Shown one piece after another: positions 32,801 to 45,860 of a stretch of 64,000 nt of DNA. Both the position numbers and the translations under genes were made by a program. This DNA is from Leptogorgia sarmentosa (Eukaryota). Where the stretch lies: NCBI GenBank assembly GCA_964658305.1, contig OZ210884.1, positions 5,642,001-5,706,000 on the forward strand. Direction: 5' to 3'. Each line of letters begins with the position of its first letter. Positions within the stretch are counted from its first letter, which is position 1. A model generated the notes under the pieces. It did not search any database. It was not told the DNA's origin and worked only from the letters and a program-made list of their open reading frames with translations.

Positions 32801-35800
32801 CATCGTCAACTGAGAGTAGTAGTATAGGTATGCAAATGTGTCGGGGGCACGGCGCAGACCTTCAACCAGATTATAATAACTGAAATGGAATAGTTAAAAA
32901 TAATTTCTAGAAGAATATCGACAAGGTGATTATTTAAGAAATTAGAGTGCAACCGTTGCAGAATTGAAATCTATTTATCATGCCGACATGTACGTGTCTG
33001 GCAACCTCATGGAAAATATATGCCACTTTGACATTCTTCCCCAACTAATCTCTTATGTATTCGTTATGAAATGCATGAATATTCACTTTTAATTCCATGA
33101 ATACCGCTGCAAATAATAATTTTGAGAACTGTTGAGTGAGTGAAGGCCACTCCACTTGCAACAAGGCAAGAGCACGGACTTGACAAACCGTTCCAAGGTA
33201 TTATCTATCACGAGGTATGTAAACTGACTGTAAAGTATAGGTTTGGTGTACATGACTGTACATACCCTAAGTGCACAAACGACTGACGCTATTAATTTAG
33301 GAAAATAAAAGTCTCATCGAGAATAAAGACTTATTTTGATTGCATGTCTTACATTTAATCTAGGAAAAAACGATTACAATGAAGAAAGAATAAATATATG
33401 CAAATGAAGTAAATCAAAAGTTGTGAAGAAAAATGAATGATGCGTGAGGCCGTTCAGAAAAAAGTGCACATTTAATTGAAAATATTAATGATCAACACAG
33501 AATTTAACGGCCAACAACGCAAAACTTACTAGTAAGGGTTCTTGTAAACATATTTTTCAGCGGTTTCCCCTTCCTTAACCGGTACAAAGTCTTCCAAACT
33601 TGCGGTATCCCAGAATATATTAGCTTCGCCAGTATTCATGACGATATCCATTGGACTTTCACTATCATTGTCCGAAAATTTGATCGAAAATGACCTGGCA
33701 TCCGACCCTGCGTCATCCGGAAATTTGAGATTTCCGTGACGTAATCTTGCCGGGAATTCTCGACCTAGATTCAGACAGTTTTGTGATTAAGCTCATCGTA
33801 TTAATATTTTCAAATACAGTATTAGCTATACGCATTTCGGATTATCAAGATTATGTCAAGCGTTTAATATTGTGTGTCAAACCAACATTCAATTCCGTAG
33901 TCTTTGAAATTAAATCGGTCATATTATATCGAGTTCATCTCACAAGCATAATTGCTTTGAATCATTTAGTGAGCCTCATTTTCAAGTTATGGGGCATTTC
34001 TTCAGTAAATAAAGCAGGTTTTTGCGACATATCATCAAGTCTACGCAGTTGAAAACAATCGGATCACTATAATTATGACTAATTTGAATTTTAAACACTG
34101 CCGTTTTTTAGACACCTTGTGCTGTTACTGTAATGTATGGTACACTAACCAGCTGTAAAGAATTCATGTTCTGGAAATTTTGGTTTATCACAAATTTTGA
34201 CTTTTCCTACTCCGCCAGTGCCAACTGTGTGAGTGGCTCGGCGAAATCCTTTAAGAGTTGTTCCAAGTGTGAACAAAGTTTTGAATTTTTCTTTCTTCAT
34301 TTTTAACTTGAGCTCGCCGAATACAGGACATTCTTCAGGAGGCTGGAAACGAATGATTAAAGAACAATATGATATACCGCGCATAAATTCTTAGAAGAAA
34401 TTAAGTATCATGTGTCATAACTATGATTTCAATATCGTTCATTTTATAACAAAACGCAAAGCGAGCATTATTTGAAAAGATCATACACGTAGAGATGCTC
34501 CAGAGCGATAGATGGTGACTGAGTAATAGTTTGCAATATATACTAGGCTGGACTATATTGATAATTTGATATATCCCCTTATTTTCATACAATATTGACA
34601 GAGAGAGAGTTAATCTTCGTTGATATATGTTCTAACCAACATCAAGTTGTAGCTAGGTGATGCGAAAACATGGGCTTTGCGTGGGTCGAATTTTGTTTTA
34701 TCGTTTAAGTGGTGAGGGCAAATTTTGATCTTGAAATATTGATTATTCTGGTCTATCCGGCAATGAAAAAACCAGAGGCACAGGGTCTCCTGCGAGCACA
34801 GACTATGAATTTAAAGTCAATATGGCGACTGTCTGTATAATTGCTTCAATAGAAATACATATGAGCAAAAAAACATTTGATTTTATCCTTTATTGAAACG
34901 AAAAGCGGAACAAAAGCTGAAATGAACAGACTTATCAAAAGGCTTCATATCGAATTACCGACTTATTTCATTAATTTCAAGCCCAATTTTTAAAGTGATA
35001 AAAATATTTGGACGACTACTTACTGTGTGTTCATCTTTAATTCTTTTCTCTAGTTCGTCTTTACCAAATCTCTCAGCAAATATTTCGAATCCAAAATTTT
35101 TCCCTTGGATAAAATGGACAGCAATGGAATTTCAAGCAGTGCCAGTGCATGTGATATTATAATATACAGACGCATTTCTATCATGGGATTCATATCATAA
35201 TACTTAATCGGCATAAGCACATGCATGACATGATGCGAAAGTACCAATCTTGCATACACTGACTTTAACTTAGTTTTACCAGGCTGCTTAACGGAAGAAA
35301 TAAGACGATTATTGCTACCGAAAAGCAAATCGACCGGAGGTTATTCAGTGGTTCATTTTCTGAAGGGTGAACCGTAAAATGAATGTGTTATTACAAGGTG
35401 TTCAAGCAGGACCACTAAGCTACTGAGGAATATGTCTGACATAATCAGCCCTGACGGACGACTTGTATAGACTTGATGACCCTCCCGCAACTGTTCCCCA
35501 GTTAGAAAGAATTTCAACCTGCATGTGCATGATTTTCACACATGGACCTTTTAGAAAATGTTGCACAACGAGTCTTAGACTTGAAGAGCCAGGAAGTCAG
35601 TATGTTGCTTGATTCATTGGCTATCACAGTAATATCAATCATGAGTTGACCCAGGCAGCTTAGTTCGCTGCATATAACATCCATCTCAAAAGCGGGCACT
35701 CATTTAAATAACAATGTGAAGATGGCAAAAAGTAGTAAATATAGATTAACAGTTAAATTGAAGACAATAAAATTATAAAATACTAATACTCACAAGCCAT
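26817..35800 (-). CDS. Allene oxide synthase-8R-lipoxygenase fusion protein (AOS-LOX), copy A, 1066 aa
   Basis: 15 exons: 35800-35794, 35103-35024, 34342-34150, 33764-33530, 32879-32679, 32326-32087, 31825-31584, 31440-31262, 30693-30603, 30368-30191, 29980-29677, 29054-28746, 28392-28156, 27830-27306, 26996-26817 (3201 nt). Canonical coral AOS signatures: TLFTLGTTLKGFRRATHTVG, NLKFPDD, SLEDFVPVKEG, YYNL, ELRVAVY. LOX has IDTIGR (Gly at the Coffa site, R-specific) and all iron ligands. Confidence 0.96.
29435..29597. mobile_element. Short GC-rich hAT-like non-autonomous element or remnant in an intron of copy A
   Basis: On the minus strand it begins CAGGGGCCGCGGAAGCCCCTCAAAAGTGGGGGGGGC with poly-G/poly-C subterminal tracts like those of the 1597-2466 element. 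The other end is degraded. Confidence 0.5.
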
Positions 35801-38800
35801 TGCTGATAATCGATGCTCTATGACTATATCCACGCAGTTTCTGCGAAATAAAAATATATATCCGTTATACAAACTAGCAAAGCTGAATCTTTTAGCGATG
35901 CGAGAAAGTGAAGATGCGAGAACGTCACGCAGTCAATGCACATAAGCACAGAATAGCTATTGTTAAAAGTGCAACTAAAACAGATAAACGTATGTGATGG
36001 GTGGGCGTGTTACAGTAAGACCCCCTGTTAAGAAAGATTATCATAAAGTGGCGGAATTTTCAGTGGATTTCCATAAAAGGCTTTTTTTGAGAAGTATGTA
36101 TCAACAATGTCGTTGAAGGTGGAGCAATACGAGAAAAAATTATTGAATGATTGAAGTATTATTGTTATTATTACATGGCTAAAAGAAGTTAATATTGGCT
36201 GGTTAATGCGTTTTGAAACTTAGGAGAGTATATTATCCCAGTCAAGTCGTACACACTGGGAGAAGTTCTTGGAAAATTTGAATAATCTGATTTGAATACC
36301 GAACGCTTTTTTATTTACGACAGCTTGGAATAGCTATCATATAACAATGTTGTTTCAGGAAAGCAGTGTGCTATTGTTTTTGGCTATCAGATAGAAAGCG
36401 ATAGCGGACTTGGCGGTATAAGCACGACAACTGTCGGTTCTGATTCTTGTTCATTTTGTTTTGAAACCACTTGAAAATCTAATGCTGTTTTTTGGACAGC
36501 AAAGCGCGCCGCGCAGTTTTGTATCGATTACCGCCCAAAGCCAAAAAGGTATTTTGACTGTATACAGGTCATGTTTGAGCAGGTCATAAGAAAATTAACA
36601 TGGTGTTTAATGCTAATGATCTGTTTTTCAGCACTAAGACTAAATTATGTGTTGTTACTATTGTATACGCCTATAGTATACCGTTATATAGACTCCATAC
36701 GTATATTAAAGAAAACTTAACGCAAATTTACAGACAATATATTGAAGTATACAAGTGCAGTTAACAGTCACTATACATCATATGTTGATTAACATATATT
36801 TGCCTTAGTTGCCGAGGCTATATTGCCCACATTGCCGAGGCGTATAATACTATTTACAAAACGGCTTGAAAATAAAATGATTTAACAATGCTCCTCAGGC
36901 CCGAAAATCTATGGCATCAACATCAACGTCAATGAAAAATATATTTTCATTATGTTGTATCAGTAAACAGTTTGATGGACTAATAAGAGTTCTTTGTGCT
37001 CGAGTTTGTTCTTATAATAAAGTAAACACTGTGATTAGTCCTCGCTGTTCGGTTGATCGATGATATTTGTATTTTATTTACATACTTTGTTCAAAACTGT
37101 CCTTTTAAAAGACTCGATCGCATAGATTTTCGTTGAAATTTGCACACACTAATTTAGAAGTGCCCAATTTGTATAGAACTGAATATTTAAAATTCCTGGC
37201 AAGGACACCACTTACTGTTGTCATATCACCCAGGTGTAATTAATTCATTTGAGAAGGATCGCAGTTTGTTTAACTATTGTTGCATGTCGTACCTAATGGC
37301 TTGGTCTAATGTGCATTAAAACTTTATTGCTAGGCTTCTCCTTCTACGTAAATCCCCTGTGACTTTAATGACAGCCAAGTGATCTAATAAATAATATTAA
37401 CTAGAAGTCCACGAAAACCAGATAGTGCTATCTTCGCCAGGTCAATAAGATCAATACTGGAATGCTCTATCACAGTATAGATATGAAAAGTATGTGGAGC
37501 ACTGGCATTACACAACTGAGATCTTTTAGGCCGACCTCTCTGAAGTTTGCGTCTTCACACCTGATGAGCTATTACGCATGCATTACTATTATTCAAGTCA
37601 GTCAATTACATTTTTGGGCCAATGAAAACGTTAAACTTGCCAATTCTCCAGTACACTGAACCTTCTGTACAGCATAATATTCCGACACAATGCGGATACA
37701 AAAAGTAATAACCTTATATTAATTTACATAAGGCCGGTTTCACATGAAGCGACATACGTTTAGCGCTCGCATAAGTGTGTAACTATTAATTTAATTCAAT
37801 TCCTTGAAAATTAAAGCGTTTGTCGAAATTTGTTATAGACATTCTGGTTATACAGACAGACACCCAGGTCAGACTGACCGATAAGCCTGGCAAATCAAAG
37901 GAGGACGAGAGTGTTTGGGCGCAGGACTGAAAGTGAAGCAGCCTTGGTAATCAACTGTTCTAACTGCATTTCGTTTACAAACCATTATGCATTCAATTTA
38001 TTGTTAAGTAAAATACACAATTGATTTGCATGTTTTCTTAAACACTAATGAACAGTATTTACAAAAATTGATCCCTATGGACATTGATTAGCTATATATC
38101 GGCTTATCTAGCTTAGTGATATATGATACAAGCTTTGAAATTAACAGCGAGCCGCAATTCTACTTCGCCAGCCATTGTAACAATGCCGCGCATTAAATGA
38201 TCATAATAAAAATTCAATTTGGAAAATAATTCAAATTTTATGTAAAACAACCGGATAGTTATCATGTAATTATCGCCTTTCAAGGGAAGAAAGCATATCT
38301 AATTGCACATTTGCCGTCTTCAGACAAACCCTGCATGACACGTGGTTCATCTTAAATCACACTGGGAGCCCGAGGGAAATTGATGCCAAAGGTACGTTAC
38401 GAAGAAGTCACGAACAATAAATTTGTATTTCGTTGCACATGCGTTTAATTTAAGCTATTGAGAAATATATAAGTATAATCAGGTAATTCTCTTAAAATGG
38501 CAAGCCGTCATAATACTTTTTTCTAATATGTAATTTAGTGGACTCCTGCATATTAATTAGTTTAAAATGTGCCAATGGTTCCTCCTTCCGATGTCGTTAG
38601 ACTAGGGTTAGGGGGTAAGGTGGAAGTTTCAACAAAATTTTTGACCATTTTTTCATAAAAAGATATGTCCAAATTGGCCAGTTATCCCATAACTATTCGA
38701 TTTATTCCTTATGTATTCTGAACAAATTAACCCAAGACGCAGTCAGTTAGCATTGCATCTCTGAGTGCTCGAGTGATGACGCGTAATGTTGATATTGCAC

Positions 38801-39707
38801 TGGAAAACTTTCAACGATGATTCGCAATAGCTACAAGTTTAAATTGCAGGAGATTTGATGATTTGGCAGACCGTTGCCGCGTTGCGGTGTGAATTGTCGT
38901 GAAAAATCGTGTAACATCAGCTCAAGTAAATTTTCTGATTGAAGCACAATAGATAAGAGGGCACCATGTAGCTATTTACTAACCTTTGATGAAATTATGC
39001 CTGGCATGGTATTGTCTGCTTTAAAGTTGGACAAAAATTTAACTAATGGTTTGATTCGTGTTCGTATGTGTAAAAAAATCTCTATAGATAATATCAAATT
39101 ATATCTACGATATACTATGAACTGTATTGGTATAATCAGGCCTAGAATCGCCATATTGATGGCACTCGTATATAAATATTATAACCAAACTTGCATACCT
39201 GATTAGCGAAGATAGTTCTTTCGAAAGGGTTGTTGCTTCTTGCAGCTGATGTAAATGATGTAAGTGACAATGGCTCCTGCTCGGGTGTTAACATTTATAA
39301 ACGCTTTTTTACCCAGCGTATATTAATTATATGACGTCATAAATATCCTTTGACGTCCTTCAACTGGTGCTTATCTCCATATATACTTATAGTTTATACT
39401 GTCTGTATTTATACATGGTTTATATATGGAATCACCAAAAATGAGGTGATTACGGGCTCATATATTAGCAAACTATATTCGTTACCTTAAAAATAGATAT
39501 TTTCACTGGAAAATGATGTATGAATTGATTGGGGTTATTATGATCCAGTCATTGAGGGTTAGGATGTAATGCATGAGTAGGTCGTAGGGTGAGCAAACGT
39601 TATGACGTGCTTACGGCGAATTAAAGGTTAGGATGACGTAAATCAAATGTTATTTTTGTAGCACTTCACTAGATGTGGAAATTATTCTGGTGGGTTAATG
39701 TGTCTTA

Positions 39708-40026
39708 GGCCCCGTCCACACGTAGCCGGATACTTTTGAAAACGGAGACTTTTCCCTCCGTTTTGGCCTTGCGTCCACACGTATCCGGCGTTTTCGGCAA
39801 CCGAAACCGGAGCTTTTCGAAAACGCCTGCGATCGCTTTGAACATCTCATATTACTGGGCAATGCGCATGCTCTACGCTGGGCGCTATCAAATTTCCTCC
39901 GTTTTTGCGTTTACGTGTGGACGGGCGAAAACGATTCGAATACGCTACGTGTGGACGCGAATTTTTTCATAACCGGAGGGAAAAGTCTCCGTTTTCAAAA
40001 GTATCCGGCTACGTGTGGACAGGGCC
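39708..40026. mobile_element. PIF/Harbinger-like MITE
   Basis: Near-perfect ~53-bp TIRs GGCCC(C/T)GTCCACACGTAGCCGGATACTTTTGAAAACGGAGACTTTTCCCTCCG, with a TTA target-site duplication. Confidence 0.9.
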
Positions 40027-40847
40027 TTAGTATCAAGTGGAAATTAGGATGACGTAGAAATTGGTCAAAGAGCCAATTACATGAGAAAACATGCATCAAC
40101 CTTTTAGTTCAATTCACTTACACAAACACCGTGTGGGAAAAGTTTTCCGGCAAAACAATCTACCATTCTGATTTTGTAAAATGGATTTCGATTTGCCAGT
40201 ACGTTTCTACGTTTTCAGACAATCTGATTAGAAACACAGTGGAAAAATTGCTGGAAATATAACTTTACCCCGATGGATGGATTAGATAAGAAGATTACTC
40301 CTTATATTTGTATTTTAAAATTTTGACTGAGTAAAGATAAATAATTGTCTGAAATGTTCCTATTCACCTAAAGATTGGTAAAAACAACATAAAATTATAA
40401 TGATATGTAGGGGATGATATGTAGGGGATAACAATATGGGATGTTATTTTTAAATGTTTATTAAGTATAGTCGATACAAGCGTCACGATTATGTACTTAG
40501 CGCCCACGCCCGCGAAATGTCAGGTATTTCGTTGAGGTCATAAATTTCGTTCGACACCGAAAACTTACTCTGTATTTAATTTCATTCGTTAGAATTTTTG
40601 TGCACAATTAGCAGTGATTGAATCTTTTTTCAAGGGAATAAAACCGTCGTTTCCTACATATCATTAGACACTCCTGAATGTACTTGTTGAATCTTGAAGT
40701 AAAAAAAAAACGACCTCGAAACCTTCATTCCTTCAACAAAACAAGAAACTAAGAAGTGATATTTTGACGTAAATCATGACGTATTTACACGGATAGACAA
40801 AAACGTGGTTTGTTTTGTCATTCACGGGAATGTGATGTTTTTAAAAA

Positions 40848-41107
40848 CAACATATTCTAAAGAAATGCATCTTGTAAACTCAATATTCGAGAAATAAACC
40901 CGAAATATTACAGTCTCAATCCTTTCTTGTTCTCAACTCAACAATCCCGGCTTTGATTTGCGTACCCAAAGAATTTTGGACTGTGAAATGGTTATTTCCG
41001 GCGATCTAGAGACCTTAAATGTTAAAATTTTCGCCCCCCCCCCAATTTTCAAAACGTTCCTACGTCCCTGATTGAGTTTACAAGATGCATTTCTTCGGAA
41101 TATGTTT
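40848..41107. repeat. Inverted repeat pair (~35 bp), probable MITE
   Basis: aacatattctaaagaaatgcatcttgtaaactcaat matches attgagtttacaagatgcatttcttcggaatatgtt. Confidence 0.65.
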
Positions 41108-41480
41108 TATTTTATATTTATTATATTGTTGCCTGGTCAAGGTTCAGCCATGTTTTATGGCTTGGAGGAAAATTGACCTGCCAACGGACATTCGTTCTTC
41201 TGTCTTCCGGCTCAATTTCCGCCATGCACGTCAGTGATTTCGAATTTCACATCTACGAAATCCAAGTTGCGCATTTCTGTTTGTTGAGTTCGTCCGTCCG
41301 GCACAGTAAGATTGCTGAGTGCGCCAAGTAATCACTGCACACATCAGTCATTCAAATGGCAATTGAGGTGTATTTTAATCTACGCTATCAAGACCTAGCT
41401 AACTTGTGTTGATGATGATTACAATCTTAATTCTTTATATGAGTTATCTATATATTAACTTTAACATTCCCTAAGGGACT

Positions 41481-41914
41481 GCACTGACGAGACGGTTAGT
41501 TGTCGACAACTAATAGTTGTGGATTATCAAAAAACATCGTCTGTGGGACCAGTTGTCGACAACTAAATGCAAAAATTTTTAGTTGTCGACAACTAACAGT
41601 TTCCCTCGCAAAAAAGGGAAACTGCTCAGTTGTCGACTATAATTGTTGTTGAAAACGTCACGTCTGATAGGGGCAACGTAGACGCATGCACGCATTGTGC
41701 GTGCCTATTTTTATCGTTTGTGGAGGTCAACAGTTAGTTGTCGACAACTATCGGTATCTTCGTTGTCTCTGTTCAGCGGAATGAGCATGCGTGGGAACAA
41801 CAAGTTCTCAACTCTCGGTTGATTTTCCTTATTTATGGCTAACAAACTAAATGGTGTGTGAATGCATAAAAATGCCACAAAAAGTAGTCGACAACCTAAC
41901 CGTCTCGTCTGTGC
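41481..41914. mobile_element. Non-autonomous DNA element with TIRs and repeated internal palindromes
   Basis: Ends GCACTGACGAGACGGTTAG...CTAACCGTCTCGTCTGTGC, with several copies of TAGTTGTCGACAACTA inside. Confidence 0.75.
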
Positions 41915-42778
41915 CTAAACCTATATATTTCTCATACACACACTATAATATGGCCTATGTCAGCAGTCGGCTGCATCATACAAATGATTATGTCAAACAG
42001 CTGCACCTGCGGCAGCGACGAAATTAATTTTTTGGGTCAAGTGTTTGCTGAAATGGTTTTTATAATGTATGTAAACTGTCTGTTAATATCAGAATCAGTC
42101 CTGTTCCTTGCATGGTTTCCATGACATTGACAAGGGCTTCATACGATCAACACAATACGTTTTCGTATTTCAGCATCTTTTCCAGCTTTATTTTTTCTCA
42201 TCATTGAGATTTCAGGACAATCCAACTAAGAGACTGAGAGTGTAGCGTAAACACTAACACAATGTAATCTCAGCAAACCGATCCAACCAAATGAACCACA
42301 TTCGTTTGCGTTAATTATACAACTGTTTTCCATTCAGGAATTTTTCTTCAAGGACCGATCATAGGTTTCAAACCATCCCGAAGGCTCATCGGCGGTTTTA
42401 ATTTTGTTCCTATCTGGTCTGATCACATGTCTATTATCCCGGGTGGAAACCGGCCTTAAAGTGTGGTGGTAGGAAGGAGGGCAAGACAAAAATTTCTAAG
42501 CATTTTCCATGTGGTTGAGAGCAAGAATACTGTAATTGAAAGACGATCTAAATGTTCTTTTAGATTTTATAGGAAAAAGTAACTCAGGATTAAACTTCTG
42601 GAGTTTTTATATATACTTTGGTTGATATATTCATAGGCTGCTATGCCTTAAAGATGGGGTTGTACCCTTCTCGATCCTGGCCATCTGCTGTACCCAATCA
42701 ACCGACTCAATTGACAATCATAACGATCATGGTTATAAATAATGAAGTAAATATATCCTTTGCCATCCATCAGGGACC

Positions 42779-43696
42779 CTAAGCCTGTGTAAGATGTTCA
42801 TTGCGTGTGTTCATATTTTTTCTAAACAAAAGTCGATAGCACACATGTTTAAATCTTTCTGTGCGGAAGACATAGAACACGGGATTGAAACAACAATTGA
42901 CCGGGCTGAATGAATAAATCCAAGATCTTGCCGCCATCTGTAAATCATTTGTTTTCACACTCACTAAAGAATAGTGAGTTACGTAAATTATAACTGGCAA
43001 ATATGTTGCATAGAAGAAACAAACTAGAATGAATGTATTCATTGTTATTTTTAGCATCATCCGATGGCGAACTCGTTCTGTTTGGGTAATAGATTCACTC
43101 CTCCAAATTCGTCTTCCCTGCTTAAATGAGGATGAAAATATTGCCACGTACATCAAAGTTATTAATAACAACATAATCAACTGAAATGTAATCCAAAATG
43201 CCACGAATGGCTGGTAGAATTCAAATTCATATGCCATAACATTTAATATTCCAATTGAAAGTGCCAAAATCCAAAACAATGCTATCACTTTGTAAACAGT
43301 ATTTCGTTTGACCCAAGTCTGATACTTTAACGGGATGCTGACGGCAAGAAACCGATCTAATGCTATAAGGAACACAGCATGACCACTTGCCAGTTGAACA
43401 AAGGAATTAAGACCTTCATAAAAGAAATAGTATTTCATCCCAATGCTTTTGTCACTGATAATGGTTGTCAACCAAGGTTGAAAAGTTGTCAGCACTATGA
43501 GATCAGCTGTTGCTAGATTTAAGATCAGCAAATCGCTAGGACGTTTTCTCATCTCGCTTGCCAACAGGAAAATAACGATGATAAAACAATTCGATAATGT
43601 CCCAACAATGATTACAAGTGAGTTAAACACAAGAAGAAATAACACTTCCGAACTGCTCAGCGTCAGCTTAATATCACTCGAATTGTCTGAATTCAT
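42779..43696 (-). CDS. Intronless rhodopsin-like (class A) GPCR, not a close paralog of the 5' trio
   Basis: ATG at 43696 (MNSDNSS, with an N-glycosylation sequon), NLATAD, DRF, TM6 YLP and NPVFY, seven hydrophobic segments. Confidence 0.92.
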   Translation of the reverse strand: MNSDNSSDIKLTLSSSEVLFLLVFNSLVIIVGTLSNCFIIVIFLLASEMRKRPSDLLILNLATADLIVLTTFQPWLTTIISDKSIGMKYYFFYEGLNSFVQLASGHAVFLIALDRFLAVSIPLKYQTWVKRNTVYKVIALFWILALSIGILNVMAYEFEFYQPFVAFWITFQLIMLLLITLMYVAIFSSSFKQGRRIWRSESITQTERVRHRMMLKITMNTFILVCFFYATYLPVIIYVTHYSLVSVKTNDLQMAARSWIYSFSPVNCCFNPVFYVFRTERFKHVCYRLLFRKNMNTRNEHLTQA

Positions 43697-45860
43697 TTTC
43701 AAGAAGATAATGAACAATAGATCTTCTATAACACGAATGCTTGGCAAGAAGATTGACCCTCCAGAATGATCAGAATTAAAAATGATGTTTCTGGAGTTTG
43801 TTCATATTGAAAAACACAATGTCATCCATGTGATTATATTTAAACACAGCTCTTGATACCTCGTATCATTCAAATTTCAATTTTCAATGTTTTCCTTCAA
43901 ACTATTCATTAATACAAATATTCGGTCACGCTAATCGTACGTTCATTTGTACATTATGTATGCCACCTGCATACAATAAACAGTAATCTTCTTTGCGCAC
44001 CTTCTCAAAGCCGCAGGCTGACGCTTATTGGAGAATTGCAGCCCAACTTTGCAAATAAGATCGAAATTATTGGCTAGATTTATTTCTAGGTCCATGAAAG
44101 TCAAGTCATGACACACAACTGCCGCTATAAATTCTGCACATTAAAATTCTTTTCGGCTATGTTTATTGATGGAGACGCCCTATATTACGATAGGACGTGA
44201 GGACAAGTGCTTTTAGTATTTCGGTCAATTATAATAAAAGTATGCAGAAACGAAATTGCTAAATAAATATTAGCCCAAAAAAAAAGTTGACAAGTTGACA
44301 GAACGCACGTTTTGGAGTTTGAAAGTACATAAAAGCGATCTTTATCTCATGATTTATCTGTTCATCAGAGCCAAAAAAACGTGCCTTATGCAGATTTGCA
44401 TTTTTAAAAAAGTACAAAACGATATGAGGCTTTTACTTAACAAGACAACAGGTGAACGGTTATTCATGCTTTGCATAAAAACTAATAAGACTAGCTATGT
44501 TGCTAATAATGTAGGCGATAGAACGTCTGTATTCTTTCTACCAATTAACCCCTGTTAAATATATGAAATGGGAAACATGTAAGCTTACCTATATGCAATG
44601 CAAATTTCGCTTTTAATATACACTCAATACAGCATACATTAAAGCAACACTGTCACTCTTTTTGACTTGCCGCCGTCGTGACAATAACGCAACAACTTAA
44701 TTTAATATTATATATAACACGTTTGGAGACCAAAATTGAAGATATTTTATTTTAAGGTTTAGTGATATTTTGCCGACTATTTGAATAACGAGCCACAGAC
44801 AGCGGTATACAGGGTGTCCCAAAAAAGTTACCCCATAGGAATTAGCTCTTTTGCGGTTAAACGTCGTTTTTATACCTTTGAGAATTGAATTGAATGGTAT
44901 ACATGAACGGCAGAAGTATTCACAACATCACGTGTTTGTGTTGCTGTTTGTCAGCTGCCATTAAAAATTTCCAGAGGTGCAATAACCCGTGATATAAGCC
45001 ACAGATCCCAATAACGTTTCAAAATAATCGTAGGTTAACCGCATTTGACGATATATGTGCATGTGACATATACTTGAATAGACTAAATATAAATCTTGAC
45101 AAGATATATTGATAAGCCTCGTCTGTACTATTACTAATGATTACAGTTTTATTATTATATACATGATGTGTTGTGAAGAGCTAGGAGTGCAATTACTTTA
45201 GTTGCATTCATTCAAAAAAGCAATATAGCGACTCGCTCAATTGTCTATAAAAACAGTCAGTGCCTATGCATTAGCAAATATATACCCAGCATAAGCTGAA
45301 AAACAAAAGTAACACTTGCTTTGCAAATTGTGAATTGTTCGGAAATGAAGGGGCATTTCATGTATTTTGCAGCAATTCGCAACGTTTTGTCAGAAATGTG
45401 AATTTTCACAATCGAACAAGCGACAACGAACAACCTCGTTTTCATTCTCATTCATCAGCAAATTTTCAGTAAACAGATAAAATACAAGATGTAATTCTTT
45501 TGATAATATACATACAACAAAGCATAAATATAAACTCATAGTAATGTCCTCGAACTAAAATTATGATATTCTTCTACACAATAGATTATATATGTAGGTT
45601 CAATAAATGAATGTGGAATGTCACTTGGGACCTAAAAGTAACTATACCAGAACTAGTACTGTTTCATTAATCATTTGTATATCGATCTTCTTCTTTCTAA
45701 TGAAGGAATTTATCAGATAAAAACTCTAAGATTATTTACTGCATATCGTTTTTAATGTCCACCAAATGGACAATTCTACCCATAATATACAGTAATTATT
45801 GTTATAAGTTGGATATTTTAGTGTTACATAAAAATATTGTCCTCATGAATAATAATTTCA

